Shown here: positions 1-9,277 of the stretch, one piece after another
How the letters are laid out: each line of letters begins with the position of its first letter
How positions within the stretch are numbered: the first letter of the stretch is position 1
Assembly: GCA_036478815.1 (NCBI GenBank)
Contig: JAZGEP010000054.1
Coordinates: 1-44,571, forward strand
Source of the DNA: Methylococcales bacterium
Lineage (GTDB): Bacteria > Pseudomonadota > Gammaproteobacteria > Methylococcales > DRLZ01
Length of the DNA: 44,571 bases
Reading direction: 5' to 3'
The notes under the pieces: generated by a model
Database searches by the model: none
Seen by the model: only the letters and a program-made list of their open reading frames with translations
What the model was told of the DNA's origin: nothing
Translations under genes and position numbers: made by a program

Positions 1-73
1 ATGATGTCGATTATTCTTCAAGTATTCGCACTGGCTCGATTTTGGTTGAGAATATGGTGTTGGCTGGAAGTTA

Positions 74-233
74 GGAGTGAGGATTTAATAAGTTACCGAA
101 GTTTGGCGCAGCATTTTGATTTCACAGGAGCACTCATAAAATGGGCGCATAGCTGGCTACGCAACTATTTTATGAGTGCTCCTGTGGGATCAAAAGGCAA
201 GTCAAAATTGGGAAGTTATTAAATCCTCACTCC
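74..233 (+). mobile_element. MITE class A, copy A1 (160-bp full-length hairpin)
   Basis: Termini GGAGTGAGGATTTAATAA / TTATTAAATCCTCACTCC, flanked by TTA (71-73) and TTA (234-236). Near-identical copies at 25807-25966 and 31459-31620 (inverted). Apical core GGGCGCATAGCTGGCTACGCAAC. Strand is defined by core orientation. Confidence 0.85.
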
Positions 234-275
234 TTAGTTAGGCCTAACGCTGAAGAATGTGATTTACATTGGTTA

Positions 276-300
276 GGAGCGAGGATTTAATCATTTCCGG
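276..300. repeat. Solo class-A terminus fragment
   Basis: GGAGCGAGGATTTAATCATTTCCGG preceded by TTA. It matches class A left termini, but the rest of the element is absent and B1 starts 9 bp later. Confidence 0.6.
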
Positions 301-308
301 ACGTATTA

Positions 309-467
309 GGTGGTTTGACGAAATAAAGTTACCAACCTTGCTTATCTTTTTGCTCCTGACCAACGCAATCTCAATCGTTGCGTAGAATGACTATGCGCCT
401 TTTGAGATGGTTCGGTCAGAAACAAAAATCCTGCGCAATCTTGATAACTTTATTCCGTCAAACCACC
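309..467 (-). mobile_element. MITE class B, copy B1 (159-bp hairpin)
   Basis: Termini GGTGGTTTGACGAAATAAAGTTACCAA / ...CGTCAAACCACC, flanked by TTA (306-308) and TTA (468-470). Second copy at 36656-36815. Core TTGCGTAGAATGACTATGCGCC is the reverse complement of the shared core. Confidence 0.85.
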
Positions 468-502
468 TTATTAACGTTGTGATTCAAAAAAACCAGGAAA
501 CA

Positions 503-1237
503 TCAGTTGATCGATGCCTGTGCAAGTATGATGGTTATATTGTCCTGCCCCCCTCTTTGCAACGCTAAATCCATCAGATGATCAACTGCTTGCTGATAAG
601 ACATCTGTCTAAGAACATCTTCAATTTCACTATCCGTCACTTCTTTGTTTAAACCATCACTACACAGTAGAAAAACATCTTCATGCCTGAATTCCTGGAT
701 TTGTGCGTCTAAATACACTTCTTGTTCACCACCAATTGCATGGGTTAATGTTTGCGCATAAGGATGCTCTTTTATCTCTTCCGGACTTAATCCTTCAGCC
801 ATCAATGTCGATTCATGATTGTGATCATGCGTTATCTGTTTTAACTCTCCGCGTCGTAACAGATAAATTCGGCTATCACCTGACCAAATTGCGACACAAT
901 TGAGCTGATTTGCATATAAAATGGCTACTGTGCTGCCAACAACCTCATTTTCACCAGCCAATTCAGCCTGTTCGATTAATAGTTGATTAACGCTATCTAA
1001 TTGCAGATAAATTTTCTTAACCGATGCGCCTAATGTTTTTTCCGCTTCAAATTGGTTTAAACGATTAACAATCTCAGCACTGGCAAACTCACCATCTTTG
1101 TGTCCGCCCATGCCATCAGCTACAACCCATAGGCACTGATCCGGCAAATTAACAAATGCATCCTGATTAACCTGACGAACCATGCCTACGTGTGTGCTTC
1201 CATAGGAAGACCACACTATGTTATTGTTTGGTTTCAT
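503..1237 (-). CDS. pppA: PP2C-family Ser/Thr phosphatase, T6SS-associated (PppA-like)
   Basis: Motifs STHVGMVRQVNQDAF and ADGMGGHKDGEFAS, C-terminal GGQDNITI. It lies directly downstream of tagF, as in the H1-T6SS. I trimmed the start from the ORF-track 1333 to the ATG at 1237 (MKPNNNIVWSS...). The 32-codon extension is repeat DNA also found at 33677-33723. About 244 aa. Confidence 0.85.
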   Translation of the reverse strand: MKPNNNIVWSSYGSTHVGMVRQVNQDAFVNLPDQCLWVVADGMGGHKDGEFASAEIVNRLNQFEAEKTLGASVKKIYLQLDSVNQLLIEQAELAGENEVVGSTVAILYANQLNCVAIWSGDSRIYLLRRGELKQITHDHNHESTLMAEGLSPEEIKEHPYAQTLTHAIGGEQEVYLDAQIQEFRHEDVFLLCSDGLNKEVTDSEIEDVLRQMSYQQAVDHLMDLALQRGGQDNITIILAQASIN

Positions 1238-1255
1238 CGTTCTAGCATGTGCAAT

Positions 1256-1665
1256 GGGGTGCTGATTCAGCACAATCTCCATTATGTAGTTCTTTATCCT
1301 GTTTAAGACTTGATTTTTCACCATGAAGGACATGAAGAGATTAGTAATTTTTCAAAATATAATGGTTCTAGGAGGCTGTCCGAGAATAGAAGCCGTAGCG
1401 AGGGAAAGCGGTTTTGAGTCCATTGTTTCGATTAAATGAGACGAATACTTGCTGTATTGAATGAATGTAATCGGAAAAATGGGCTGAAATTCGCTTTTCC
1501 GCAGTAGGCTTTCTATTCTCGGACAGCTTCCTAGTCGTGAACAAGCGCTGAGTACATTGTTGCAGCATCCATCGGTGCTATAAAATTGTGTGTGCAACGC
1601 ACCCTTATCTCTTTTCTTCATGGTCTTCATGGTAAAAATTAATAACATCATATGGAATCAGCCCC
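1256..1665. mobile_element. Composite MITE class I, copy I-1, carrying nested C1
   Basis: Long imperfect inverted arms: GGGGTGCTGATTC...CACCATGAAGGACATGAAGA on the left and TCTTCATGGTCTTCATGGTAAAAATTAATAA...GAATCAGCCCCC on the right. The second copy is at 33677-34064. Class C element 1368-1534 is inserted in its centre. Confidence 0.7.
1368..1534 (+). mobile_element. MITE class C, copy C1 (167 bp)
   Basis: CTA-GGAGGCTGTCCGAGAATAGAAGCC ... GGCTTTCTATTCTCGGACAGCTTCC-TAG, foldable end to end. Four further full copies and one half copy lie in the window, all in the same orientation. Confidence 0.9.
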
Positions 1666-1716
1666 CGTGCTATGAATAGCCAAGCAACTGAAGTTACAAG
1701 CTATTTTTGAAATCAG

Positions 1717-2457
1717 CTAAATTGGATAGCGATTGCCATCCCAGCCCCATTTTTGCCAATCCCCATCAAACATTGCTGCTACTCCATCAAAAGGTGGCAG
1801 TCCTGCACACATTAAAACCGATGAAGCAACCTGTTCAGATCCTTGTGTCCACCATACACTGTAGGCAAAATAGTGTTCTTTAAGCACAGTATCAAGAAAA
1901 CAGGGTATTACATCAGCAATTGATTGATTGGGAGCCATTTCGCGTTGCCAGGCATGATGAGAGATTTGTTTATTGATTTGCTCTGAAGGAGTCAGTAATT
2001 GATTGTTATTAATAAATAATTCAGCACTCAATTCATTAATTTCAATATTAAATTGTTCCAGACTAAAGTCATCATCCAAACTCGAAAGAGCTAATGTTTC
2101 CACACCAGTAAACCATGCTGTTTCCTGTTGCAATGCCACCAATGGATTACTATTCAATCGATTCATCGTGGTAATGGTCATTGGATAATATCGACCGACT
2201 TTGTCTACACTCGGCATCATAATCCCTAGCCAGCTGTTTTCACCACAAACTCCTGGGGCTAAAACAAATCGATAGATCGGACCTGTAAGATAACAATTTA
2301 GCCAGTCATCTCCGAGTTGCTGACGACTAGTAATAACAGCCTCTTGCAACCAGGTATCCCATGGGTCAATAAAGCTTGTCGGCAAACCTCGACTGACAAA
2401 ATCACCATGTGTGGGAACCTTGCCATAATAACCGTTTGTTAAAGACTGTTTGGACAT
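1717..2457 (-). CDS. tagF: Type VI secretion-associated protein TagF (DUF2094 family)
   Basis: N-terminal YGKVPTHGDFVSRGLP signature. Its start overlaps the tssM stop by 19 nt. Position between tssM and pppA matches the H1-T6SS. Confidence 0.85.
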   Translation of the reverse strand: MSKQSLTNGYYGKVPTHGDFVSRGLPTSFIDPWDTWLQEAVITSRQQLGDDWLNCYLTGPIYRFVLAPGVCGENSWLGIMMPSVDKVGRYYPMTITTMNRLNSNPLVALQQETAWFTGVETLALSSLDDDFSLEQFNIEINELSAELFINNNQLLTPSEQINKQISHHAWQREMAPNQSIADVIPCFLDTVLKEHYFAYSVWWTQGSEQVASSVLMCAGLPPFDGVAAMFDGDWQKWGWDGNRYPI

Positions 2458-5400
2458 CTAAATGCTTTTAAGTCAGCTAATTGAAAAGGATTCACCGCAC
2501 TATTTGCCAGCAATTCAAACTTGGCTTCACGCCCCTGAATTCTAAACGTCATAATAAATATTGAAGGATTAGAGGTACGAGTAATTTGGGCTTCATCAAA
2601 AAACCGAAATAACGCCCAAGGTCCTTCTTTTGATAAACCCGAGTGCCCTTGCAACGGCGGTAACATTTGTATTCGCACCTGCCTAGAATCATTTGGGCCA
2701 GGCCACTTCATTGCGACAGGTCTTACTGGCCCATGCGCATACGTTAAAGTTTGCCCATCGACATCCATTATAAATTGGACAATAGCTGGGCTCATCGAAA
2801 TCGGTTTTAGCCTAAAACTGACCTTTGGAGATTGTTTACCCATACGAAAAAATATTTTTTGTATATTATCTGCTCGCTGAAATTGCTGTAATGCAACAGA
2901 TGAGACAGCAGCACCCCCGCCTCCTCGACTATTCCAGCGCCAGCGCCTGCCTCCTTTTTCTACCGATGCAAGCAGGTACTTATTGAAAAATTCATCCATT
3001 AAGCCACCTGGTCCAAAAAAATAGGTAAAGTCTTCGAAGGTAATTTCTCTTGTATTTGTTGCTATTGGGTACAAGCCTTGAATCGCTTTTTGACAAAACG
3101 GCAACACTTCGGATCGCCACATTGCATTCAGGTGCTTTCTGACACCTCCGCTCACCAAGCTTTTACTACTATCAGCCACCTTAGCCATCATCGTGTTGAC
3201 TGGAAAAGGCGTTCTCTTTCCTTCCAGTTTGACTTTCTCAATGACCTGGATGATTTGTTGGCGTTGCTCTAACACCAGCTCATCACCGCTCGCATGAATG
3301 AGTGAATTAAGATACACATATAATTCATTTAAAACAGAAAGAGTGCGACCCAAAGGTGGCGGCACACCGTCTTTACTTTGTACAAGTTCATGCAAGCTTT
3401 TAAAATGTTCGATAACAATATTAGTTGTGATGCCTGGAGCTACCGCAGCATGCGGTGCCGATGTGCGACTCATTATTCTATCGAGCTCAGATCGTGCAGA
3501 ATCCAATCGATCACTTGCTTTGGCCAAAATCGATGTATCTTTATTGGACAAACATTTCATACTGGTTTCTTGGGCAACTGACTCAAGAAATAATTTTATC
3601 GGAGAATGCTCTCCTGAAATAATATTGAGAACCTCAACCATTTGTGCTTGATTAGAAAAAGGCTTGATTTGAATATCATCCAGCAAGTCGTCCCAATGCC
3701 TGATATAGTCTTTCAAATATAGGTTTAAAACGCTCTCAGTTAACGCATCTACCTCTGCAGCTGAAAAAATCACTTCCTGTGTGGTTCCAAATACCCAGTT
3801 ATTGCCTGCTTGCTGACCAATTAATTTTTCATTCTTTTTCAAAAAAACATCTTTATAGCCTTTACAGGTGAAAAACCCAGGAACACCTTTGGTCAAAGGG
3901 TTACCATTTTTACTGGATAATACCAGTGCTGCATCTCTGCCAGCTTTTTCACTGACTCGATAGTCAGTTATTTTTTTCTTGTTTAATTCCAGCTTCAAAC
4001 GCGCATAAATCCTTTCAGCCATCGGTGTATTTTGTAATAGTTCTCGTGTCTGCCTCACCAAAATAGTATTTAAAGGGCGAGGCAATGGTGTCGGACGATT
4101 TTCAAATAAAACAGCCAAATGCTGATTCAACGATTGCCGCTGATCTGTCGTTACTTCAACGGGCAAATTATACTTCCAGTCCAGTTGATACCAGTCCTCT
4201 ATCGCACTAGCATCATAATGTTCCGAATTAGCTAACATTAAATAAACCTTGAGGGATTCATATAAATAGTCAGTATTATTGGTATTGCTTTGTAATTGAT
4301 TTTCAATACGAAACACCAAGCGAGGCAAAAAAACATCTTTAAGCAATCTGCGATACATAGAAACCGCTGCATCCCCTAACTTGTCACCTTGATACAAACC
4401 AAAAGACAAGAACCATGGCGTGTTTTTTTGTTGATCCACATACCCCCCAGGAATATTTCGTGTTTCTTCCAATAGCGATAAAATTAATAATGGATTGGTT
4501 TCCTGAGGATTAATATCGCTAATCTTTTGTTGAATAACGGATGTCTGTATAGCCACTCCTTTAATATAGGTTTTATTTTTAACATAGCTGGTCATCCAGG
4601 CAAATGCCATTAATGCTGTCAGCGCTGTTACTCCAATAAATGCGCCTTGCTGAAACCAATGGCGTTTTTTTTCTTGTTTCAGATTGGCACCAGCCAGCCC
4701 GGATTCAGCAAAAATGACTCTTCGTAACAGACTATTAATAAAAAAACTTTTGCCTTGACCTGTTGCAACTGATTGGGCGTGATGGTCAAGTCCAAAATTG
4801 TTGGACAAAGCCCCCATAATACGGTCTATAGGAGACCCTTCCTGAGTTGCGCTGGTAAAATACACACCTCGAAACATGGCCTCATGCGCGTAACGACTGG
4901 ATAGAAAAAGTTCCTCAAGAAATGGGGTAATCAGTTTATTCAATGCACTGAACTGTTGAGGAAAGGTATAAATCTGATTGCGTCTTGCTCCGCCCCTTTC
5001 GCGTTCCAGTTTACCCAGTAAATGTTTTTGCAATTGTTGTTGTAACAATTCGAATTCAAATTTGAATTGTTTAACAGTATTTTGTTTTTCCTGTTCATTT
5101 AGCTGGAAAGTCATCCCCCAAACCTGAGAACGATTATCTCTGTCCAGGTCATCAAAATATTCCATAAACCCGGCTAACAAATCACATTTTGTAAATAGCA
5201 AATACACTGGAAAACGAATATTGAATCGTTCGTGTAATTCTTCAATTCGCTTACGAATCATTCTGGCTTGAACGAGGATTTGATCACTATTTTGTTGAAG
5301 CAAATCAGAAATACTGACTGCAATCATTACTCCGTTGATAGGACGTCGACTGCGATTTTTTTTCAAAAGATCCAAAAAACCTAACCATGCAGCCTGATCG

Positions 5401-5999
5401 ACTGACTCATGACTGTCTTGTGTTGTATAACGTCCTGCCGTATCGAGTAATACGGCATCATCGGCAAACCACCAGTCACAATTCCGTGTTCCGCCTACAC
5501 CACGAACAGCATCCTTGCCATAGCGGTCAGATAGGGGAAATTTTAAATCTGAATTCTGTAATAAAGTTGTTTTGCCTGAACCAGGTGGCCCAATAAGGAT
5601 GTACCAAGGCAATTGATAAAGAAATTGCCTTTCAGGGCCACGTCCCAAACGTGTTTTCTTTAGAATCTCAAGCGCATCCTCCATCCTGTTTTTCAAGGTA
5701 TTCAATTCATCCTGCGACGCCTGCTCATCTGGATTTGAAACAGATTCTGTTTCACCAACCATCGCGGCTATCACCTGGTTATTTTGTCTTTTTGCTTTGA
5801 AATAACCCCATAGTCGAAGCACTATCCAGAGCAGAAGAACGAAACCGATTAACACCCATCGATTAAATTCAGACTCTAAAGGTACATAATCAGCAAACGC
5901 AAACAAAGGACCGATAAACCAGATCAATAAACCTAATGCAACGACACCAAGCAGAGTGATCAACCAGCGCTGTTTAATAAAATTGAACAACCTTTTCAT
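2439..5999 (-). CDS. tssM: T6SS membrane-complex protein TssM (IcmF)
   Basis: 1186 aa. N-terminal TM helices, Walker A GPPGSGKTT, long periplasmic C-terminal region. Gene context tssL-tssM-tagF. Confidence 0.95.
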   Translation of the reverse strand: MKRLFNFIKQRWLITLLGVVALGLLIWFIGPLFAFADYVPLESEFNRWVLIGFVLLLWIVLRLWGYFKAKRQNNQVIAAMVGETESVSNPDEQASQDELNTLKNRMEDALEILKKTRLGRGPERQFLYQLPWYILIGPPGSGKTTLLQNSDLKFPLSDRYGKDAVRGVGGTRNCDWWFADDAVLLDTAGRYTTQDSHESVDQAAWLGFLDLLKKNRSRRPINGVMIAVSISDLLQQNSDQILVQARMIRKRIEELHERFNIRFPVYLLFTKCDLLAGFMEYFDDLDRDNRSQVWGMTFQLNEQEKQNTVKQFKFEFELLQQQLQKHLLGKLERERGGARRNQIYTFPQQFSALNKLITPFLEELFLSSRYAHEAMFRGVYFTSATQEGSPIDRIMGALSNNFGLDHHAQSVATGQGKSFFINSLLRRVIFAESGLAGANLKQEKKRHWFQQGAFIGVTALTALMAFAWMTSYVKNKTYIKGVAIQTSVIQQKISDINPQETNPLLILSLLEETRNIPGGYVDQQKNTPWFLSFGLYQGDKLGDAAVSMYRRLLKDVFLPRLVFRIENQLQSNTNNTDYLYESLKVYLMLANSEHYDASAIEDWYQLDWKYNLPVEVTTDQRQSLNQHLAVLFENRPTPLPRPLNTILVRQTRELLQNTPMAERIYARLKLELNKKKITDYRVSEKAGRDAALVLSSKNGNPLTKGVPGFFTCKGYKDVFLKKNEKLIGQQAGNNWVFGTTQEVIFSAAEVDALTESVLNLYLKDYIRHWDDLLDDIQIKPFSNQAQMVEVLNIISGEHSPIKLFLESVAQETSMKCLSNKDTSILAKASDRLDSARSELDRIMSRTSAPHAAVAPGITTNIVIEHFKSLHELVQSKDGVPPPLGRTLSVLNELYVYLNSLIHASGDELVLEQRQQIIQVIEKVKLEGKRTPFPVNTMMAKVADSSKSLVSGGVRKHLNAMWRSEVLPFCQKAIQGLYPIATNTREITFEDFTYFFGPGGLMDEFFNKYLLASVEKGGRRWRWNSRGGGGAAVSSVALQQFQRADNIQKIFFRMGKQSPKVSFRLKPISMSPAIVQFIMDVDGQTLTYAHGPVRPVAMKWPGPNDSRQVRIQMLPPLQGHSGLSKEGPWALFRFFDEAQITRTSNPSIFIMTFRIQGREAKFELLANSAVNPFQLADLKAFRCPNSL

Positions 6000-6077
6000 C
6001 TCTAAAATCCTTTTTTCCGCTTGCTAACGTGCATGACAAAATATTATTTGATTCGACGGCTCAGCTCAGCGACTGAT

Positions 6078-7388
6078 TTATTTCAATAATGTAATCTCAA
6101 CGCGACGATTTCTTGCGCGTCCCACTCGGCTAGCATTTGATGCAATTGGATCCAGGTCAGAGCGTCCTTCGATTATTGTTCTATCTGGATCAGATAAATT
6201 TTGTTTGATAATACTAGCAACGGCTTGGGCTCTTGCTGTTGATAAATGCCAATTTGATGGAAACCGTGCACTTCGAATAGGTTGATTGTCAGAATGACCA
6301 GTAATTAAAACTTGGCCATTGAGCTGATTCAAAGCCTCTGAAATGGTATGCAAAAGAGGCCGTATGGAATTAGTGACAGTAGCACTGCCAGAGCCAAACA
6401 GGTTGTCACCTTGAATTGTAATAGTACTGCGTTGCACTAATTCAGTGACATTGACTCGATTTCGGTTGATTTCTTCCGCCAGTAATATCGATAATGTTAT
6501 TTCAGGTATCGGCGTATATTCGTCAACAGGCTCTATTGTGGCATGTTGGTGAACAGGCGGTTTGATAGCAAACATCTGTCTAAACACTGGATCTGAATCC
6601 TTGTTTAACTGATACAAGAAAACGCTAAACATCATTGCCAACAAACCTGCCGCAATGGCTCCAAAAACCCATAGTGGAACAAATCGAGCCAAGGGATTAC
6701 GTCGATCAGTCACACCTTTCCAATGTGGGGACAACGCATATTCCACCGTCCCTCTTTCCTTTTGGAGAAGCTGATACAACCATTCTCTGATGCTTGCTAG
6801 TTTGTTTTTTCCACCTTCTATAATGCGATATCGCCCTTCAAACCCTAATGCCAGACACAGATACATCAATTCTAATAACCCTCTGTTTTTAGCCGGATTC
6901 TGCGCCAATGATTTCAGTAAATGAAAAAAACGCTCACCGCCAGAGACTTCTTTGTGAAACAGGCTCAATAAACTTTGCTGTGCCCAACCGCTGTTATTTC
7001 CCCACGGTGTATTGATAACAGCCTCATCCAAAACGGTACACATTACATAGCGAGCACTGGAGATTGTTTGCGAATCCACATTTTCAGCTTGCGCTGTGAT
7101 CTGAAATTGTTCTATTTCACGAATTATTTTATTTTTTAACTCGCGTGGATCTGCCTGATTATGTGAGCAATTAATACGCGTCATTAAGGCCAATAAGCCC
7201 GACGCTGCTTTTTCTAGTGGGTTGAGTCGCCCCAGTCTGGGTAGGGGCTGGCTTGTTCCTGATAGAGAAGCTCGTGCGGGAGGCGGTGTTTGGATATCGG
7301 ATCGTTTACCACCTGGTACCGGACGAATAATGGTTCTATCGTCAGATGGCGGAGAAAAGAAAGGATCAAAAGGATCATCTGATGTCAT
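6078..7388 (-). CDS. tssL: T6SS TssL (DotU) with C-terminal OmpA-like peptidoglycan-binding domain
   Basis: DotU-like cytoplasmic domain, a single TM segment (WVFGAIAAGLLAMMFSVFLY), and an OmpA-like C-terminus (ITGHSDNQPI...NRRVEITLL). Confidence 0.9.
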   Translation of the reverse strand: MTSDDPFDPFFSPPSDDRTIIRPVPGGKRSDIQTPPPARASLSGTSQPLPRLGRLNPLEKAASGLLALMTRINCSHNQADPRELKNKIIREIEQFQITAQAENVDSQTISSARYVMCTVLDEAVINTPWGNNSGWAQQSLLSLFHKEVSGGERFFHLLKSLAQNPAKNRGLLELMYLCLALGFEGRYRIIEGGKNKLASIREWLYQLLQKERGTVEYALSPHWKGVTDRRNPLARFVPLWVFGAIAAGLLAMMFSVFLYQLNKDSDPVFRQMFAIKPPVHQHATIEPVDEYTPIPEITLSILLAEEINRNRVNVTELVQRSTITIQGDNLFGSGSATVTNSIRPLLHTISEALNQLNGQVLITGHSDNQPIRSARFPSNWHLSTARAQAVASIIKQNLSDPDRTIIEGRSDLDPIASNASRVGRARNRRVEITLLK

Positions 7389-7393
7389 AATCT

Positions 7394-8731
7394 TTAGCCT
7401 CTGATAGCCCAGAACTCTAATTCAAGTTCTGGGTATTCACCGGAAAAATGCATTGCGATTGTTCCGCTTTTCTTTAATTCTTCCCATAAGTCATGATTTG
7501 TATCCAATTCGAAATAGATCATGCCCTTATGAAAAGGAATTTGCCTTGGTGCTACAGCTAACGCATTGAGTGTGATGCCTGGAACTTGCGACATGACCAA
7601 GTCCCGAAGTTTTTCGACAGTGGCGATGGTTGTTTTTCTGGGGATTTCTGTGCGTAATGTACCAGCAGCCATTTGTGCACCAACCGCAAGTACAAAGTCT
7701 GCTGATTGTAGTAATTCGCGATCTGAAATAACACCTGTTCTAATTTGATGAGGGCGTTCTTCCAGTGGAATCGGGATTGCTCTGGATTCAGAAACCCAAT
7801 TTAAAGCCTCACGAAGCGCGGCTACAACGGGTACAAAACATTGCTCCAAATCTTCGTGCTGATAATCAGGAAAAGACATCGGCCTATGGTTAATCTGAGT
7901 CATTGTGGCCAATTCACCTGCCATTTGAAGCATAACGCTATACAGTCGCTCAGGATGAACTGTCTTGATTGTGGAAAAATGATGAAATAGTGGTTGATAC
8001 CGATTGACTATTTGTAGCAACAAAAAATCGACTATTTCCGCGACACCACCGGCACCAGGGGTTGCCAAACGTTTTGCGAGAGCCTCACCTCGATGATGAA
8101 TAATTCCACTAATTTCTTGAGTATAATCAATCAATTGCTCAGAAGCACCACAGTGCAAGCAACTTGAAATATAGTGTTGATCCAGAACAACTTGCTTGTC
8201 TGTTTTTTTCTCAATAATCCTGGCAAGTGGAATCGTCACAAACGCATCCTGCTGTTGACTAGATGGCCGTAAACGTGTCCATAGCTCACCACTTTGAATG
8301 ACTGTACGGCTTAAATCAGACTGTGAATGTCTATCGCTGATTTCAATTTCCTGTAAGCGGTAACGACTCAGTTCATCGGTATCAATATTCCATGCGATTT
8401 CTTTACCTGAGTCTCGTTGTACTGGTAATGCCAAGTATATAATCTCATTTTTTGTTTCATCTGAAATATCTAGAGGAATAGGGACAGGATGTTGATCAGG
8501 AATGCTAAAAGGTGTGCCATCAGGAAAAACACCACGGCAGACATTAATAGCAAATTTACCCAAAGTCAGTAGTTGTGGATCAATTTCTAACTGTGTAATC
8601 CCCCAGGAAAAACTTTGTAATCCTCCACAACGGGACTCAATCCAATTTTGAAAGTTTCGATCCAGTTGCTGAAAATGCAAAGGCTGGAGAAACATTCCCT
8701 CAGTCCAGATAACTTTGTTATTCCACGACAT
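7394..8731 (-). CDS. tssK: T6SS baseplate protein TssK
   Basis: Characteristic N-terminus MSWNNKVIWTEGMFLQPLHFQQ. 445 aa. Lies between tssJ and tssL. Confidence 0.95.
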   Translation of the reverse strand: MSWNNKVIWTEGMFLQPLHFQQLDRNFQNWIESRCGGLQSFSWGITQLEIDPQLLTLGKFAINVCRGVFPDGTPFSIPDQHPVPIPLDISDETKNEIIYLALPVQRDSGKEIAWNIDTDELSRYRLQEIEISDRHSQSDLSRTVIQSGELWTRLRPSSQQQDAFVTIPLARIIEKKTDKQVVLDQHYISSCLHCGASEQLIDYTQEISGIIHHRGEALAKRLATPGAGGVAEIVDFLLLQIVNRYQPLFHHFSTIKTVHPERLYSVMLQMAGELATMTQINHRPMSFPDYQHEDLEQCFVPVVAALREALNWVSESRAIPIPLEERPHQIRTGVISDRELLQSADFVLAVGAQMAAGTLRTEIPRKTTIATVEKLRDLVMSQVPGITLNALAVAPRQIPFHKGMIYFELDTNHDLWEELKKSGTIAMHFSGEYPELELEFWAIRG

Positions 8732-8761
8732 ATAATCACCTAAATACGGGTCGTTTAACTG

Positions 8762-9250
8762 CTATTTTCGAAAAACACTGATGCTTAGCTTGTCAACAAT
8801 CACAAATAACTGTGTGGTTTTTCCTTCCGGCAGTACTATTGAATCTCTCCAAACGGCTCGGTTAAGGTCACGATATGCCGCCGCTACTGCAATATACTGT
8901 GTACCGGGAGAGGCCTTATGTTTTAGAGTATGAATTTCACCTGGCTTAAGATGAAATTTTTCTGTGCCCAAAAGATCTGCCCCCAATGCCGACTCATGGT
9001 TTTCAAATAAATTATAAAAATCAGACTCGGTATATTTTCCCAGACTTTTTAGCTCATAGATGCGCACAACAATCGGTGAGGGTCGATTATCGATATCAGG
9101 ATTAACAGATGCTGAAACAGATATTTTTGTATAAATAATTGTAGGAAGAGGCACTGGCTTTTTGGGTTGTGGCTCTGGCGTTTCTGGAGTAGAACTGCAC
9201 GCAGATAATAGCAATGTCAATAGAACCAAACCAGTTTGAATAGTTTTCAT
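8762..9250 (-). CDS. tssJ: T6SS outer-membrane lipoprotein TssJ
   Basis: 162 aa. Signal peptide with lipobox LLSAC. Size and position fit tssJ. Confidence 0.85.
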   Translation of the reverse strand: MKTIQTGLVLLTLLLSACSSTPETPEPQPKKPVPLPTIIYTKISVSASVNPDIDNRPSPIVVRIYELKSLGKYTESDFYNLFENHESALGADLLGTEKFHLKPGEIHTLKHKASPGTQYIAVAAAYRDLNRAVWRDSIVLPEGKTTQLFVIVDKLSISVFRK

Positions 9251-9277
9251 AGTTGATGCGTCCAGATCTTCAAAAGA

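Noticed and set aside
1-222. 73-aa ORF. Its C-terminal half is about 80% identical to the ORF at 25713-25955, so it resembles a conserved hypothetical family.
   Set aside because: Both ORFs run through class-A MITE copies (A1, A2). The similarity is repeat DNA. A third copy (A3) is inverted, the ORFs have no RBS, and the frames start outside the repeat in unrelated sequence.
1238-1333. 32-codon N-terminal extension of pppA given by the ORF track
   Set aside because: The DNA is the left arm of MITE I-1 and recurs at 33677-33723. PP2C homologues begin near the MKPNNNIVWSS... position.
1352-1651. ORFs 1352-1651 and 1368-1568 on the minus strand between pppA and tagF
   Set aside because: They lie entirely within the nested I-1/C1 hairpin elements. 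The equivalent frames are not kept open in the other C copies.
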